Origin: Proteobacteria bacterium CAG:495
GTDB taxonomy: Bacteria > Pseudomonadota > Alphaproteobacteria > RF32 > CAG-239
NCBI GenBank assembly: GCA_000432275.1
Contig: HF995323.1
Span: 121,957-182,357 of the forward strand
DNA: 60,401 nucleotides
Direction: 5' to 3'
In this document: positions 36,501 to 46,947 of the stretch, one piece after another
Layout: the number at the start of each line of letters is the position of its first letter
How positions within the stretch are numbered: the stretch's first letter is position 1
The notes under the pieces: model-generated
What the model was told of the DNA's origin: nothing
Seen by the model: only the letters and a program-made list of their open reading frames with translations
The model's database searches: none
Position numbers and translations under genes: made by a program

Positions 36501-37239
36501 ATACGCAAAATTATTTTTAGCCGTACTGCTGCTGGTCGGCTGTACCAAAGAACCCGAACCTCGTCCGACAACGCCGCTGATTGTCAAAACCGGCACCGGC
36601 GACGTCCGTTTTTCCGTTGAGGTGGCCAAAACCCCCGAAGAACTGAAAACCGGCTTGATGCATCGCTCAACTCTGGCTTTCAACAGCGGTATGATTTTCA
36701 ATATCTACCCCGTTCGTCCGACCGCCATGTGGATGAAAGACACCAAAATCTCTTTGGATATGCTTTTTGTCGGCCCGGACGGTTCAATCATCAAAATCGT
36801 CGAAGCGACAAAACCGATGTCGGAAAACCTGATTATCTCCGAAGAACCGGTACGCGCCGTCATTGAACTCAATGCCGGTCAGGTCAAACGCCACAACATC
36901 AAAATCGGCGACAAGGTCAACCATATGCTCATAAATAATCTGCAGGACATCAAAACCCCCGGACCGGAAGCCCAGAACACACCGGCTGCAAATGCAGCGC
37001 CGGCAGCGCCCAAAGCAGACATTCCGGTTCCCGAACTGCCGGCAGAACCCAAAGCGGCAGCAGCTGCTACCCCGGATTTGGACAATTCGGATATTACCGC
37101 CAATGAATTGGAAAACCTGATTAACCCTCAGGCCAAAGTTGCTCCGGCAGCACCTAAAGCAGAAGACGGCGCGGCTCCCCAAGCAGCAGAAACACCTGCG
37201 GCTCCGGCCCCCAAACTTCCTGTCCCGGCACCGATGTAA
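36493..37239 (+). CDS. DUF192 domain lipoprotein with Ala/Pro-rich C-terminal tail
   Basis: 248 aa. Lipobox LLLVGC. DUF192 core FSVEVAKTPEELKTGLMHR....GMIFNIY.....MWMKDTKISLDMLFVGPDGSI....AVIELNAG. The C-terminal roughly 95 aa are Ala/Pro-rich with an APAAPKA(D/E) repeat. 8-nt overlap with the upstream gene. Confidence 0.75.
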   Translation: MFKYAKLFLAVLLLVGCTKEPEPRPTTPLIVKTGTGDVRFSVEVAKTPEELKTGLMHRSTLAFNSGMIFNIYPVRPTAMWMKDTKISLDMLFVGPDGSIIKIVEATKPMSENLIISEEPVRAVIELNAGQVKRHNIKIGDKVNHMLINNLQDIKTPGPEAQNTPAANAAPAAPKADIPVPELPAEPKAAAAATPDLDNSDITANELENLINPQAKVAPAAPKAEDGAAPQAAETPAAPAPKLPVPAPM

Positions 37240-37255
37240 TCCGTATGTTCAAAAT

Positions 37256-37285
37256 AAAAAGCCCCTCAAACGAGGGGCTTTTTAT
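37256..37285. terminator. bidirectional rho-independent terminator
   Basis: aaaaaGCCCCTCaaacGAGGGGCttttt lies between the convergent DUF192 gene and the 359-aa gene. Confidence 0.7.
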
Positions 37286-37319
37286 TTAATTGTCTCAAAC
37301 TGTCGCAAAGCGGAAAAAA

Positions 37320-38399
37320 TTATAAACTAACCCGAAAGGGCGTCAGCTTTTCAACAATCAAATCGCTCAAAGCCTGTTTCAGCCCCTCAGGATCCGACAA
37401 TTCAGCCTCATAAATCATATATTTTTCACTTGTTCGCCGAAACCTGCCGTACTGTCGGAATAATGCATCAGCCGCCCCCATTACCGTGACCACGTCATAA
37501 AGGTTGAAGTAACGGATTTTAGGCCAAATTTCTTCAAAACTCTCACGGCCGCTTATAACCCTGCTGGAAATCTTGTAATCCTTTCCCATAAACACCTTGG
37601 CAAAACGGCGAATGTCAAAATGCGAATAGTCTCCGCGGCGAATTGCATTCCACAGATTCTCCAGGCAAAGCTTATTGGCTGCCGCTATCAGCTTGGCAAG
37701 AGGCGATGACAGCTTTTCAAGACGGTCATAAAATTCCCGCCCCAGCTGCATCTGATAAATCACGTCTTTAGGTACAAACATCAACCGTACCCCTTTTTCC
37801 TGCGCCACCCGATAAAGTTCTTCGGCTCCCTGCATACAAACCACATTGTTATAAGAACTGCTGTCGGGAACGGCCGGATTTTCATCGTTTTCCCGCGGAG
37901 CATACGCCCCCATAACGATAATTCGGGCAAATTTTTTCAGATTTTTAGCGCCGGCTTCCCGCAAATAGGCGGCAACGTCAGACATCTGGGCATTTGCCAC
38001 AATCGTCAGGCTTTTGTCTTCTGCCGCATTCACACAGGAATGAAACAGTCGCAACACATTGCGCTCCACAACCACACCCTTGCGTTCAACCGCCTCGCTC
38101 AAAGGATGGCTGAGATAAAAATTGTCAGCGTCGCCGTTGCGCCTCGGATAGTCAGCCCCGACCGCCACCTTCAAAAACGGATACCCCAGTTCAATAAAAC
38201 ATCCTTTGCTGAACATGGCCCGGCGCAAACGCGTCATCATTTCTCCGCCGGTGGCGACTACCCCGCCGAGTTTAAAATAACCTTTGTCAGCCAGAACTGC
38301 GGCCATAACAAAACTGACCAAATCGTCAACATCCGAATTTGGATCGCTGATTAAGATAAGTTCCGGTGTAACGGGAGCTTTTTGTTTCTTTTTGCCCAT
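37320..38399 (-). CDS. hypothetical protein, possibly divergent nucleoside-hydrolase-like fold
   Basis: 359 aa. N-terminal LILISDPNSDVDDLVSFVMAAVLA resembles the Asp-rich DxDxxxDD calcium/ribose motif of IU-nucleoside hydrolases. LTIVANAQMSDVAAYL....IIVMGAY resembles their central strands. Assignment by eye only. Confidence 0.35.
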   Translation of the reverse strand: MGKKKQKAPVTPELILISDPNSDVDDLVSFVMAAVLADKGYFKLGGVVATGGEMMTRLRRAMFSKGCFIELGYPFLKVAVGADYPRRNGDADNFYLSHPLSEAVERKGVVVERNVLRLFHSCVNAAEDKSLTIVANAQMSDVAAYLREAGAKNLKKFARIIVMGAYAPRENDENPAVPDSSSYNNVVCMQGAEELYRVAQEKGVRLMFVPKDVIYQMQLGREFYDRLEKLSSPLAKLIAAANKLCLENLWNAIRRGDYSHFDIRRFAKVFMGKDYKISSRVISGRESFEEIWPKIRYFNLYDVVTVMGAADALFRQYGRFRRTSEKYMIYEAELSDPEGLKQALSDLIVEKLTPFRVSL

Positions 38400-38539
38400 T
38401 TGCTATTTCAAGACTTTCTGCAACTTAATTCTAAAGATGGCCTAATGCCGCGGCTGAAATTCTCTGACGGCAGTAAAAGCTTTTCGGCCAACACTGGCTC
38501 CAAAGCTTTTACGCCGCATAAAACAGCCACAAACACACG

Positions 38540-39997
38540 CTAGGCGAGTTTTTTCTTCAACAGTTCGTTGACGACGCCCGGATTAGCCTTTCCGCCGGAA
38601 GCTTTCATTACCTGCCCGACAAACCACCCCATCAGAGCAACTTTGCCGGCGCGGTAAGCTGCCGTATTGTCAGGATTAGCCGCAATCACGCTGTCAATTA
38701 CAGCTTCAATGGCAGCGGTATCGGTAACCTGCTTCAGCCCCTTTTCCTCAACGATTTTCTCAGGATTTTCCCCGGTTTCCGCCATAATTGCAAAAACGTC
38801 TTTTGCCGTTTTGCCGTTAATTACGTTTGAAGTGACCAGTTCTACCAGTTTACCCAGATTTTCGGCGCTGACCGGACTTTCTTCCAACGGAATTTTCTTT
38901 TCGTTCAGCATTGCGAAAAAGTCACCCATCATCCAGTTGGCTACTTTCTTGGCATCATGCCCCTTAGCCGCCTTTTCAAAAAATTCGGCAACTTCGCGGT
39001 TTTCGCACAAAACGCCGGCATCATAGGCCGTCAGCCCGAGGTCTTTGACAAAGCGTGCTTTTTTGGCATCGGGAAGCTCAACCAAATCCGCCTTTACTTC
39101 ATCGATAAACGCATCACTCAACACCAACGGCAATAAATCCGGCTCCGGAAAATAACGGTAATCGTGAGCAAATTCCTTTTTGCGCATAACCTTGCTGGTA
39201 CCCGTCGAAGGATCAAACTGCCGGGTTTCCTGGGCTATATCGCCTCCGGCCTCATAAACCTCAACATGGCGTTTCGCCTCGGATTCAATCGCCTGCATCA
39301 CAAATTTTACCGAATTCACATTTTTCATTTCACAACGGGTACGATACCCCTCTTCACCGGCCTTGCGAACCGAAACATTAACGTCACAGCGCATAGAACC
39401 CTCATCCATATTTCCGTCACAGGTCCCCAGATAACGAACGATTGAACGCAGCTTGCGCAAAAACGCCCCGGCTTCTTCCGGCGAACGAAAATCCGGTTTG
39501 GTGACGATTTCCATCAGCCCCACGCCGGCTCTGTTCAAATCGATAAAACTCTTGTCCGGAGAAATGTCATGAATGGATTTTCCGGCATCCTGTTCAATAT
39601 GCAGCCGCTCAATCCCGATGTCTTTGGTTGTTCCGTCACTCAAATCGACCGTTACATGTCCTTCTCCCACAATAGGATATTTAAACTGGCTGATTTGATA
39701 CCCCTGCGGTAAATCGGCGTAAAAGTAGTTTTTGCGCGCAAACTCCGAATATTTGTTGATTTTTGCATTCAAGCCGAAACCGGTCTTAACCGCCTGACGA
39801 ACGCACATTTCGTTTAAAGTGGGCAGCATACCGGGCATACCGGCATCCACGAAAGACACATTTTCATTAGGATCAGAACCATAGTGTGTCGACGCCCCCG
39901 AAAACATTTTGGACTTGGAAATAATCTGGCAATGAATTTCCAAACCGCAGATAACTTCCCATTTGCCGCTTTTGCCTTCAATAATCATCCCCGTCAT
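38540..39997 (-). CDS. gatB: Asp-tRNA(Asn)/Glu-tRNA(Gln) amidotransferase subunit B
   Basis: 485 aa. The N-terminus [14 protein letters not shown] and the C-terminal GatB/YqeY domain are canonical. Confidence 0.97.
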   Translation of the reverse strand: MTGMIIEGKSGKWEVICGLEIHCQIISKSKMFSGASTHYGSDPNENVSFVDAGMPGMLPTLNEMCVRQAVKTGFGLNAKINKYSEFARKNYFYADLPQGYQISQFKYPIVGEGHVTVDLSDGTTKDIGIERLHIEQDAGKSIHDISPDKSFIDLNRAGVGLMEIVTKPDFRSPEEAGAFLRKLRSIVRYLGTCDGNMDEGSMRCDVNVSVRKAGEEGYRTRCEMKNVNSVKFVMQAIESEAKRHVEVYEAGGDIAQETRQFDPSTGTSKVMRKKEFAHDYRYFPEPDLLPLVLSDAFIDEVKADLVELPDAKKARFVKDLGLTAYDAGVLCENREVAEFFEKAAKGHDAKKVANWMMGDFFAMLNEKKIPLEESPVSAENLGKLVELVTSNVINGKTAKDVFAIMAETGENPEKIVEEKGLKQVTDTAAIEAVIDSVIAANPDNTAAYRAGKVALMGWFVGQVMKASGGKANPGVVNELLKKKLA

Positions 39998-41457
39998 TAT
40001 TTCTGTCCTCTCTTAAAATCTGCATCCTTTTCCAGCGCGCTTGCGGTTTTAAATACGCTAGCCTCGTCAAAAGCCCGGCCGATAAGCTGCATACCCAGCG
40101 GCAGCCCGTCTTTCGACAGCCCGATAGGCAGGCTCATTGCCGGCAGGCCGGCGAGCGATACCGAAACCGTAAAAATATCGTTCAGCCACATTGTAATCGG
40201 ATTCTCCTGCATTGACTTGTCGCCAATCGGAAAAGCCGCCGTCGGCGCCGTCGGCGTCAAAATAACGTCGCATTTTTCAAAAGCCCTGACAAAATCGTCG
40301 CGAATTAAGCGGCGGACTTTCTGCGCTTTAAGATAATAAGCGTCGTAATACCCAGCCGAAAGGACATAAGTACCTATCATAATCCGGCGTTTGACTTCTT
40401 TGCCGAAACCTGCCGTACGCGAATTTATGTACATATCGTCCAAATGCTGCCCGTTGACCCGGTTGCCGTAACGCAAACCGTCATAACGCGCCAGGTTGGA
40501 CGATGCTTCTGCCGGAGCAATGATATAATACGTTGCCAATGCATATTTGGTATGCGGCAAAGAAATATCGACAATCTCCGCCCCCCGGGCTTTGAGCATT
40601 TCCGCAGCCTTGTTCCAATAGCCGAGGATTTCTTCATTCATCCCCTCAACCCGATACTCCTGCGGAATACCGATTTTCATTCCCTTGATGTCTTGCCCCA
40701 AAAACTTTTCAAAATCAGGAACCTCAACCTTGGCGGAAGTTGCATCCTTGGCATCATACCCCGCCATTGTTTTAAGCATAATTGCACAATCACGAACATC
40801 TTTGGCAATTGGTCCGGCCTGGTCCAATGACGATGCAAATGCAATAATCCCGTAACGGGAGCAGCGGCCATACGTCGGCTTTATGCCCGTCACACCGCAA
40901 AAAGCAGACGGTTGACGAATTGACCCGCCGGTATCGGTACCGGTTGCCGCGGCGCACATTTCGGCTGAAACAGCGGCTGCCGAACCTCCGGAAGAACCGC
41001 CGGCAACCAGGGGCGTATTCGCACTCCACGGATTGACGACCGGGCCGAAAGCTGACGTTTCATTACTGCCGCCCATTGCAAATTCGTCCAAGTTCAGCTT
41101 GCCCAAAAAAACGGAGCCGGCATTCAGCAGTTTTGCAGTCACGGTAGATTCATAAGGCGGAACAAAACCTTTTAAAATGTTGGAACAAGCGGTTGTCGGT
41201 ATGCCTTTGGTACAAAACAAGTCTTTAATTCCGAGCGGAATTCCCTCTAATTCTCCTGCTGTGCCATTGTCATATTTCATCTGACTGGCTTTGGCCTGTT
41301 CCAAAGCTTTTTCCGGTTCTTCACAGACATAAGCGTTATAATTGCGGCCGGCATCCATCTTTTTAATATAAGCCTCCGTCAGTTCCGGCGCCGTAAATTC
41401 TTTCTTGCGCAATCCCTCGCGCGTTTCCGCTATGGTTAATTTAGTTAAATCTGTCAT
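39997..41457 (-). CDS. gatA: Asp-tRNA(Asn)/Glu-tRNA(Gln) amidotransferase subunit A
   Basis: 486 aa with the amidase signature [11 protein letters not shown]...[16 protein letters not shown]. Confidence 0.97.
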   Translation of the reverse strand: MTDLTKLTIAETREGLRKKEFTAPELTEAYIKKMDAGRNYNAYVCEEPEKALEQAKASQMKYDNGTAGELEGIPLGIKDLFCTKGIPTTACSNILKGFVPPYESTVTAKLLNAGSVFLGKLNLDEFAMGGSNETSAFGPVVNPWSANTPLVAGGSSGGSAAAVSAEMCAAATGTDTGGSIRQPSAFCGVTGIKPTYGRCSRYGIIAFASSLDQAGPIAKDVRDCAIMLKTMAGYDAKDATSAKVEVPDFEKFLGQDIKGMKIGIPQEYRVEGMNEEILGYWNKAAEMLKARGAEIVDISLPHTKYALATYYIIAPAEASSNLARYDGLRYGNRVNGQHLDDMYINSRTAGFGKEVKRRIMIGTYVLSAGYYDAYYLKAQKVRRLIRDDFVRAFEKCDVILTPTAPTAAFPIGDKSMQENPITMWLNDIFTVSVSLAGLPAMSLPIGLSKDGLPLGMQLIGRAFDEASVFKTASALEKDADFKRGQK

Positions 41458-41603
41458 TTTTTTCTCTCTCTTTTTTTAAACTTCTCAGGCTCACCCCAAT
41501 AACTCGGATGCTGTGCGGATAATAAGAAGTAACAAAACGTACAAAGAAATACGTAAGGACGCTTTCCTCCCGCAATTTCCGTATCAGGCACCAACCAAAA
41601 GGG

Positions 41604-41891
41604 TTATTCAACAACTTTAGGCACTGCAAAATACCCGTATTCTTTCATCGGCGCATTGGCCAGCACGGCGTCGGCCTGATTGCCTTCGGTAACTTCGTCG
41701 GCACGCAGGGTCAAATTGTTTTCATTGACGGATATCAGCGGTTCAACCTCATCGGTATTCACCTCTTTGAGCTGTTCAACCCATTGCAAAATTTTGTTAA
41801 ATTCTTTTTCCGTCGCTTCTATTTTGTCGTCATCCACGCGCAACCGGGACAAAAATGCTATCCTTCTTACAATTTCCTTATCAATCGCCAT
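41604..41891 (-). CDS. gatC: Asp-tRNA(Asn)/Glu-tRNA(Gln) amidotransferase subunit C
   Basis: 95 aa. IAFLSRLRV...EFNKILQWVEQL..VNT..VEP is typical of GatC. It lies upstream of gatA-gatB. Confidence 0.9.
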   Translation of the reverse strand: MAIDKEIVRRIAFLSRLRVDDDKIEATEKEFNKILQWVEQLKEVNTDEVEPLISVNENNLTLRADEVTEGNQADAVLANAPMKEYGYFAVPKVVE

Positions 41892-41903
41892 TGTCTTTTT
41901 CCT

Positions 41904-43718
41904 TTAGTATTTCATTACAAACGGCAGTAACACTGCATCATATTGCATTCTTTTTAGCACAGTTAAACTTTCAATATCAAGCCCTAAATCGGCCTTAACC
42001 TTTTTAGCGGCTACCATTGGTGCCGTACCGAGGACTTCGCTGATTTTTTCCTGCAAAGTCTTCTGTTTCGGATAATACGCAATGGTAAATTTGTCTTCCG
42101 GTTTGATGCCCGCCAGTTCTTTGGCTATACCCAAAGCCTTGTTAAAGCCGCCGATGTCGTCAATCAAACCGTTTTTCAATGCCCCCGAGCCGGTCCAAAT
42201 TCGCCCTCTTGCCAGTTCGTCCATTTTTGCCGCATCAATTTTCCGGGCTTGCGAAACTTTTAAAGTAAAATCTTCATATATGTTATCTAATGATTTGTTA
42301 AATATGTCTTTTTCGCTTTCAGAAAAACCCGTATTCATACTCAATATTCCGGCGTTGCTGCCAAAACGCAAAGCCTCCCAATTGATGTCAAGCTTTTGCC
42401 ACAAACCGTTCAAAACCATTTTTCCGCCCAACACGCCTATTGATCCCGTAATCGTAGAAGGTTCGGCAATGATTTTATCTCCCGGCAATGCAATAAAATA
42501 TCCTCCTGATGCAGCATAATTGCCCATCGAAACAACAACCGGCATTTGGCGTTCTTTCTTCAATTTGTTTAAGGCATACCAGATTTCGTTAGAGGCGGCA
42601 TAACTTCCGCCCGGAGAATTTACCCGCAGCAGCAAAGCTTTGACGTTTTTATCCCGCGCAATCTCGTTTAACTGCTCCGTTACCGTCGCAGCGCCCACGG
42701 TAGCCTCGCCCTGCAAAGGATTGTCAATGCTTTTTCCTTCATTGATAACGCCGTCTGCAACCAAAACGGCAACTTTCGGAAGCCCTTTGCGGCCGTCACG
42801 AATAACCGAAGCATAGTCGCTTATCTCCACAACCTCTCCCGAAACAGTCTTTTGAATTTCGTCAAACAGCTCCGGCTCATATCCTATCCGGTCAATCAAT
42901 TTGGCCTCCAAAGCCTCGGCCGCAAACAACGGTGCCCGGTTTATCAGCCGGTTGACGTCTTCCTCGCTTAAACCGCGGGCCGCACTGATGTCGCTGACCG
43001 TTTGAACCAAAATCGTTCCGCCCAAACGAAGCATCTCCTGTCGAAACGGCTCAGACATCCGCTCGTCCAAAACGGAAGCCATTGCGTTCTTATATTCATG
43101 TCGGGCGTAAAATTCCGGCTTAATTCCGACTTTATCCAGCAACTTCCGGAAAAAAGGAACCTCCATGGCAATTCCGGTCAATCCAAGGTCCGTGTTGGGC
43201 TGCATCCAGATTTCGTCAAAGGCTGAAGCCAGATAATACTCGGAAGTACCGCCGCCGAAACTGCCAAATCCGGCGGAAAAGATATAGGCTTTTTTGCCTT
43301 TGGAACGAAAAGTCGCCACCGCCTGCCGCAATTCCTGAATTTGAGCCAACCCAAGCGGAGAATTGCCCACTCTGCCGACCAAAACCTTAACCCGGTCGTC
43401 AATTGCCGCTAAATTGATGGCCTTGACCAAATCGTAAAACGACAACGGAGACACCTCGCTGATTTCCGTCAGCAGATTATCGCTGCGCACCTCCCGGTAA
43501 GCCTCGTCAAAATTGATTTTAAGCACTGTTTGCCGGGGAATTGTCGTCGCCCGTCCCGGCTCCTGCCGCAACAGTCCCAAAATAACCAGCAACAGCAAAA
43601 TAAACAGTATGCCGAAAATTGCGAATGCATAAACCAGTGATTTGATTAAAATTCTCACGGCCAGCTTTTTCTTTCTTTTTGCAGTATCCTTAGGAAAAGG
43701 CGTAAGCTTCTCAGACAT
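41904..43718 (-). CDS. sppA: signal peptide peptidase SppA, 67K type (two S49 domains)
   Basis: 604 aa. N-terminal TM anchor and duplicated S49 domains, the second with MGNYAASGGYFIAL. Confidence 0.9.
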   Translation of the reverse strand: MSEKLTPFPKDTAKRKKKLAVRILIKSLVYAFAIFGILFILLLLVILGLLRQEPGRATTIPRQTVLKINFDEAYREVRSDNLLTEISEVSPLSFYDLVKAINLAAIDDRVKVLVGRVGNSPLGLAQIQELRQAVATFRSKGKKAYIFSAGFGSFGGGTSEYYLASAFDEIWMQPNTDLGLTGIAMEVPFFRKLLDKVGIKPEFYARHEYKNAMASVLDERMSEPFRQEMLRLGGTILVQTVSDISAARGLSEEDVNRLINRAPLFAAEALEAKLIDRIGYEPELFDEIQKTVSGEVVEISDYASVIRDGRKGLPKVAVLVADGVINEGKSIDNPLQGEATVGAATVTEQLNEIARDKNVKALLLRVNSPGGSYAASNEIWYALNKLKKERQMPVVVSMGNYAASGGYFIALPGDKIIAEPSTITGSIGVLGGKMVLNGLWQKLDINWEALRFGSNAGILSMNTGFSESEKDIFNKSLDNIYEDFTLKVSQARKIDAAKMDELARGRIWTGSGALKNGLIDDIGGFNKALGIAKELAGIKPEDKFTIAYYPKQKTLQEKISEVLGTAPMVAAKKVKADLGLDIESLTVLKRMQYDAVLLPFVMKY

Positions 43719-43740
43719 GTTTCACCCGGTAAAAAAATAA

Positions 43741-43772
43741 AGACCATTAAACAATGGTCTTTATTCTAAACT
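43741..43772 (-). terminator. rho-independent terminator downstream of fabI
   Basis: On the minus strand, AAAGACCATTgtttAATGGTCTTT is followed by ATTTTTTT. Confidence 0.6.
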
Positions 43773-43826
43773 TTTTCAGTTTTTTAACAACTTTTAATTC
43801 GGTTTTTCACCAAATTTCTGTTGATT

Positions 43827-44654
43827 TTACTCACTCAGCATTGCTGCTGTTTCGGCAGCGTTATCCAAGCACAACATACCCTGAATATGATAGCCGCAGT
43901 CCACGTGGATAACTTCTCCGGTAATGCCGGTGCCGCAGGGAGACAACAAAGCCATCGTGGTCATACCGACTTCCTCTTGGGTAACATTGCGGTGCAGCGG
44001 ACAGTTTAATTCGTTCCAGTGCAAGATTTTGCGGAAATCGCCGATGCCAGAAGCCGCAAGCGTCTTAATCGGACCGGCGGAAATAGCGTTAACCCGAACG
44101 CCCTGCTTGCCCATATCCATGGCGGCATAACGAACCGAAGCTTCCAAGGCGGCCTTGGCAACACCCATAATGTTGTAGTTTGGCAAAACCCGTTCGCTGC
44201 CCATATAGGTCAGAGTAACGATGGAACCGCCTTCGTTCATAATCGGAGAAGCATATTTGCAGGCTTCGATAAAAGAAAAGCAGGAAATTTCCATGGTCAT
44301 TTTGAAATTGTCGCGGGTCGTGTCGATTGTACGGCCTTTGAGCTGATTTTTGTCAGAAAAACCGATAGCGTGAACCAAAAAGTCGATTTTGCCCCACTTT
44401 TCGCCGAGTTCTTTGAAACAAGCTTCAACACTGGCAGAGTCCGAAACGTCGCACTTAATCAGCAGCGGCTCTTTGTCCAGTTGGGCGGCCAGAGGCTGAA
44501 CCCTTTTTTCCAGAGCCTCGTTCTGATAAGAAATCGCAATCTGAGCACCCTGAGCATTCAAAGCCTGAGCTATGCCCCAAGCGATTGATTTGTCATTTGC
44601 AAGGCCCATAATCAGACCTTTTTTTCCAGCCATCAAAGCTGCAGTTCCAGTCAT
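43827..44654 (-). CDS. fabI: enoyl-[acyl-carrier-protein] reductase (NADH), FabI
   Basis: 275 aa. GKKGLIMGLANDKSIAWGIA and the SDR catalytic region Y..MGVAKAALE. Confidence 0.95.
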   Translation of the reverse strand: MTGTAALMAGKKGLIMGLANDKSIAWGIAQALNAQGAQIAISYQNEALEKRVQPLAAQLDKEPLLIKCDVSDSASVEACFKELGEKWGKIDFLVHAIGFSDKNQLKGRTIDTTRDNFKMTMEISCFSFIEACKYASPIMNEGGSIVTLTYMGSERVLPNYNIMGVAKAALEASVRYAAMDMGKQGVRVNAISAGPIKTLAASGIGDFRKILHWNELNCPLHRNVTQEEVGMTTMALLSPCGTGITGEVIHVDCGYHIQGMLCLDNAAETAAMLSE

Positions 44655-44784
44655 AACGTCTTCCTTTACTTCTTTATCTTTACTCTTTGGTAAGATTAAC
44701 AGTTTATTTAATTAACTTGAAATCTATGGTAGATTTCTATAAAATTAAACCGAATTTGTAAACAATTTTTTTCATAGGTGCAGA

Positions 44785-45747
44785 ATGTATCTGAATAAGT
44801 ATCTCCGTTCCGGAATCTCCCGCCTGCGGCAAACAGCTTCCGGCGCAGGGAATTTCATCGTTTTCCTTATGCGCAGAGCCCAAAGCGACACTATATTCCG
44901 GGTTGCGGCTTCCTTAAGCTATACGTCTCTGATTGCCATTGTTCCCCTGCTTGCCATCGGATTGGCCATTTTCTCGGCTTTTCCCGTCTTTCAGGGGGCC
45001 AAAGAACAACTGCAGGAAATCATCCTGCAAAACTTTGTTCCCAACATCGAACAGGAAATCAGCCAATATTTCGCCGATTTTATTAATGCAACGGCTCAAT
45101 TGACCGCCATCGGTGTCATCGGCATCGCCGTCACCGCCATTTTGATGCTCTCCACCATTGAAAACAGCCTCAATTTCATATTTAAGGTATATAAACCCCG
45201 CAACATCAAAACTAAAATCACCCTCTACTGGACCGTAATCACCCTTGGGCCTCTGCTGCTCGGTACCGCGCTCTCTCTGCGCGGATACGTCTATACGCTG
45301 CAAAAATTTATGCCGGAAGACATCATCAGCTCCCAGTTTTACCTCAGCACGCTGATTCCCAGCCTGTTCACCACCTTGGCGCTGGTTCTGCTCTATGTTT
45401 TGGTGCCCAACAAAAAAGTACGCCTCTCCAATGCGGTTATCGGCGCTGTGGTTGCCATGATGATGTTTTTCCTGCTCCGCAAGTTCTTCGGTTTGGCCAT
45501 CTCGGCCAGCGCCACCTACAAGACCCTTTACGGTGCCATGGCGACGCTTCCTATCCTGCTCATTTGGATTTATTGCTCCTGGGCGGTAGTCATCTTCGGT
45601 GCCGTTGTCACCGCCGCAATCGGAGAATATCGCGAACGCGAGGCTTTCTCTTCCGAAGAAAATGCCGAAGATTCTTATGTTTCCCGCCGTAGTCGCAGAA
45701 AAAAACGCTATTACGCAAAAAAGTTCTTGCCAAAAGAACAAAAATAG
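44785..45747 (+). CDS. YihY/BrkB (virulence factor BrkB / 'RNase BN'-named) family membrane protein
   Basis: 320 aa. AASLSYTSLIAIVPLLAI and six hydrophobic segments typical of the YihY family. Basic C-terminal tail. Confidence 0.8.
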   Translation: MYLNKYLRSGISRLRQTASGAGNFIVFLMRRAQSDTIFRVAASLSYTSLIAIVPLLAIGLAIFSAFPVFQGAKEQLQEIILQNFVPNIEQEISQYFADFINATAQLTAIGVIGIAVTAILMLSTIENSLNFIFKVYKPRNIKTKITLYWTVITLGPLLLGTALSLRGYVYTLQKFMPEDIISSQFYLSTLIPSLFTTLALVLLYVLVPNKKVRLSNAVIGAVVAMMMFFLLRKFFGLAISASATYKTLYGAMATLPILLIWIYCSWAVVIFGAVVTAAIGEYREREAFSSEENAEDSYVSRRSRRKKRYYAKKFLPKEQK

Positions 45748-45854
45748 AACATATTACTTTTCATAGGGATAACTGAGAGTCGGAAATTGTATTTTTCTGC
45801 TGCCGGTTTATAACAAAACCATTACTAACATCTAACTTACAAGGTAACTGTCAA

Positions 45855-46886
45855 ATGGATAAAGATAAAGCGCTTGATGCGGCACTAAGCCAAATTGAAA
45901 AAGCCTTCGGAAAAGGCTCCATTATGAGACTCGGACAAGATAACGCCCATGCTGACATTGAAGCCATCTCCACCGGCTCCCTCGGTTTGGACCTGGCCCT
46001 CGGTATCGGCGGTATGCCCCGCGGCCGTATTGTCGAAATCTACGGTCCGGAAAGCTCCGGTAAAACAACTTTGGCTTTGAGCGTCATCGCTCAGGCTCAG
46101 AAAAAAGGCGGTACCTGCGCATTCATCGATGCCGAACACGCTTTGGACCCTTCTTATGCAAAGAAAATCGGCGTGGATATTGAGAACTTGCTGATTTCTC
46201 AGCCGGATGCCGGAGAACAGGCTCTGGAAATCACCGACACTCTGGTCCGTTCCGGCGCTGTCGACGTTTTAGTCGTTGACTCCGTTGCCGCTTTGGTTCC
46301 CAAGGCCGAACTTGAGGGCGAAATGGGCGATTCCCACATGGGGCTTCAGGCTCGTTTGATGAGTCAGGCTTTGCGTAAACTGACCTCAACGGTTTCCCGT
46401 TCCAATACCCTCATCATCTTTATCAACCAAATCCGTATGAAAATCGGCGTAATGTTCGGCAACCCCGAAACAACCACCGGCGGTAACGCATTAAAGTTTT
46501 ATGCCTCGGTACGCATTGATATCCGCAGCATCGGAAAAATTAAAGATAAGGAAGATATCATCGGCAGCCAGACTAGAGTCAAAATCGTCAAAAACAAAGT
46601 GGCTCCTCCGTTCAAAATCATCGACTTTGACATTATGTACGGCGAAGGTATCTCCAAAACCGGAGAATTGCTGGATCTCGGAATTAAAGCAAACGTTGTC
46701 GAAAAATCCGGCTCCTGGTTCGCCTATAACGGAGAAAAACTCGGCCAAGGCCGCGAAAACGCCAAGATTTTCCTGAGAGACCACCCTGATGTCGCTCTTG
46801 AAATCGAAAACAAAATCAAGGCTGATGCCGGACATTTGACCTCCGAACTCATTGGGGACGACAATATCGTCTCTGACGAAGAGTAA
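45855..46886 (+). CDS. recA: recombinase RecA
   Basis: 343 aa. [19 protein letters not shown], Walker [10 protein letters not shown], and the L1/L2 loop regions are all canonical. Confidence 0.99.
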   Translation: MDKDKALDAALSQIEKAFGKGSIMRLGQDNAHADIEAISTGSLGLDLALGIGGMPRGRIVEIYGPESSGKTTLALSVIAQAQKKGGTCAFIDAEHALDPSYAKKIGVDIENLLISQPDAGEQALEITDTLVRSGAVDVLVVDSVAALVPKAELEGEMGDSHMGLQARLMSQALRKLTSTVSRSNTLIIFINQIRMKIGVMFGNPETTTGGNALKFYASVRIDIRSIGKIKDKEDIIGSQTRVKIVKNKVAPPFKIIDFDIMYGEGISKTGELLDLGIKANVVEKSGSWFAYNGEKLGQGRENAKIFLRDHPDVALEIENKIKADAGHLTSELIGDDNIVSDEE

Positions 46887-46910
46887 ACACCAGCGTTTTT
46901 TATCTGCCCT

Positions 46911-46947
46911 CCCCGGTTCTGAACATTCAGACCGGGGATTTCTTTTT
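46911..46947 (+). terminator. rho-independent terminator downstream of recA
   Basis: CCCCGGTTCTGAAcaTTCAGACCGGGG (one bulge) is followed by ATTTCTTTTT. Confidence 0.65.

Noticed and set aside
41458-41603. An unusually long (146-nt) spacer between gatC and gatA, considered for a hidden RNA element or small ORF.
   Set aside because: I found no convincing hairpin, repeat or ORF by eye. The A/G-rich stretch just upstream of gatA is adequately explained as its ribosome-binding region.
45748-45854. I searched the recA upstream region for a LexA/SOS box, either the alphaproteobacterial GTTC-N7-GTTC / GAAC-N7-GAAC type or the CTGT-N8-ACAG type.
   Set aside because: Only a single GAAC half-site (GAACATATTACTTTTC) is present, with no complete box, so no call was made.
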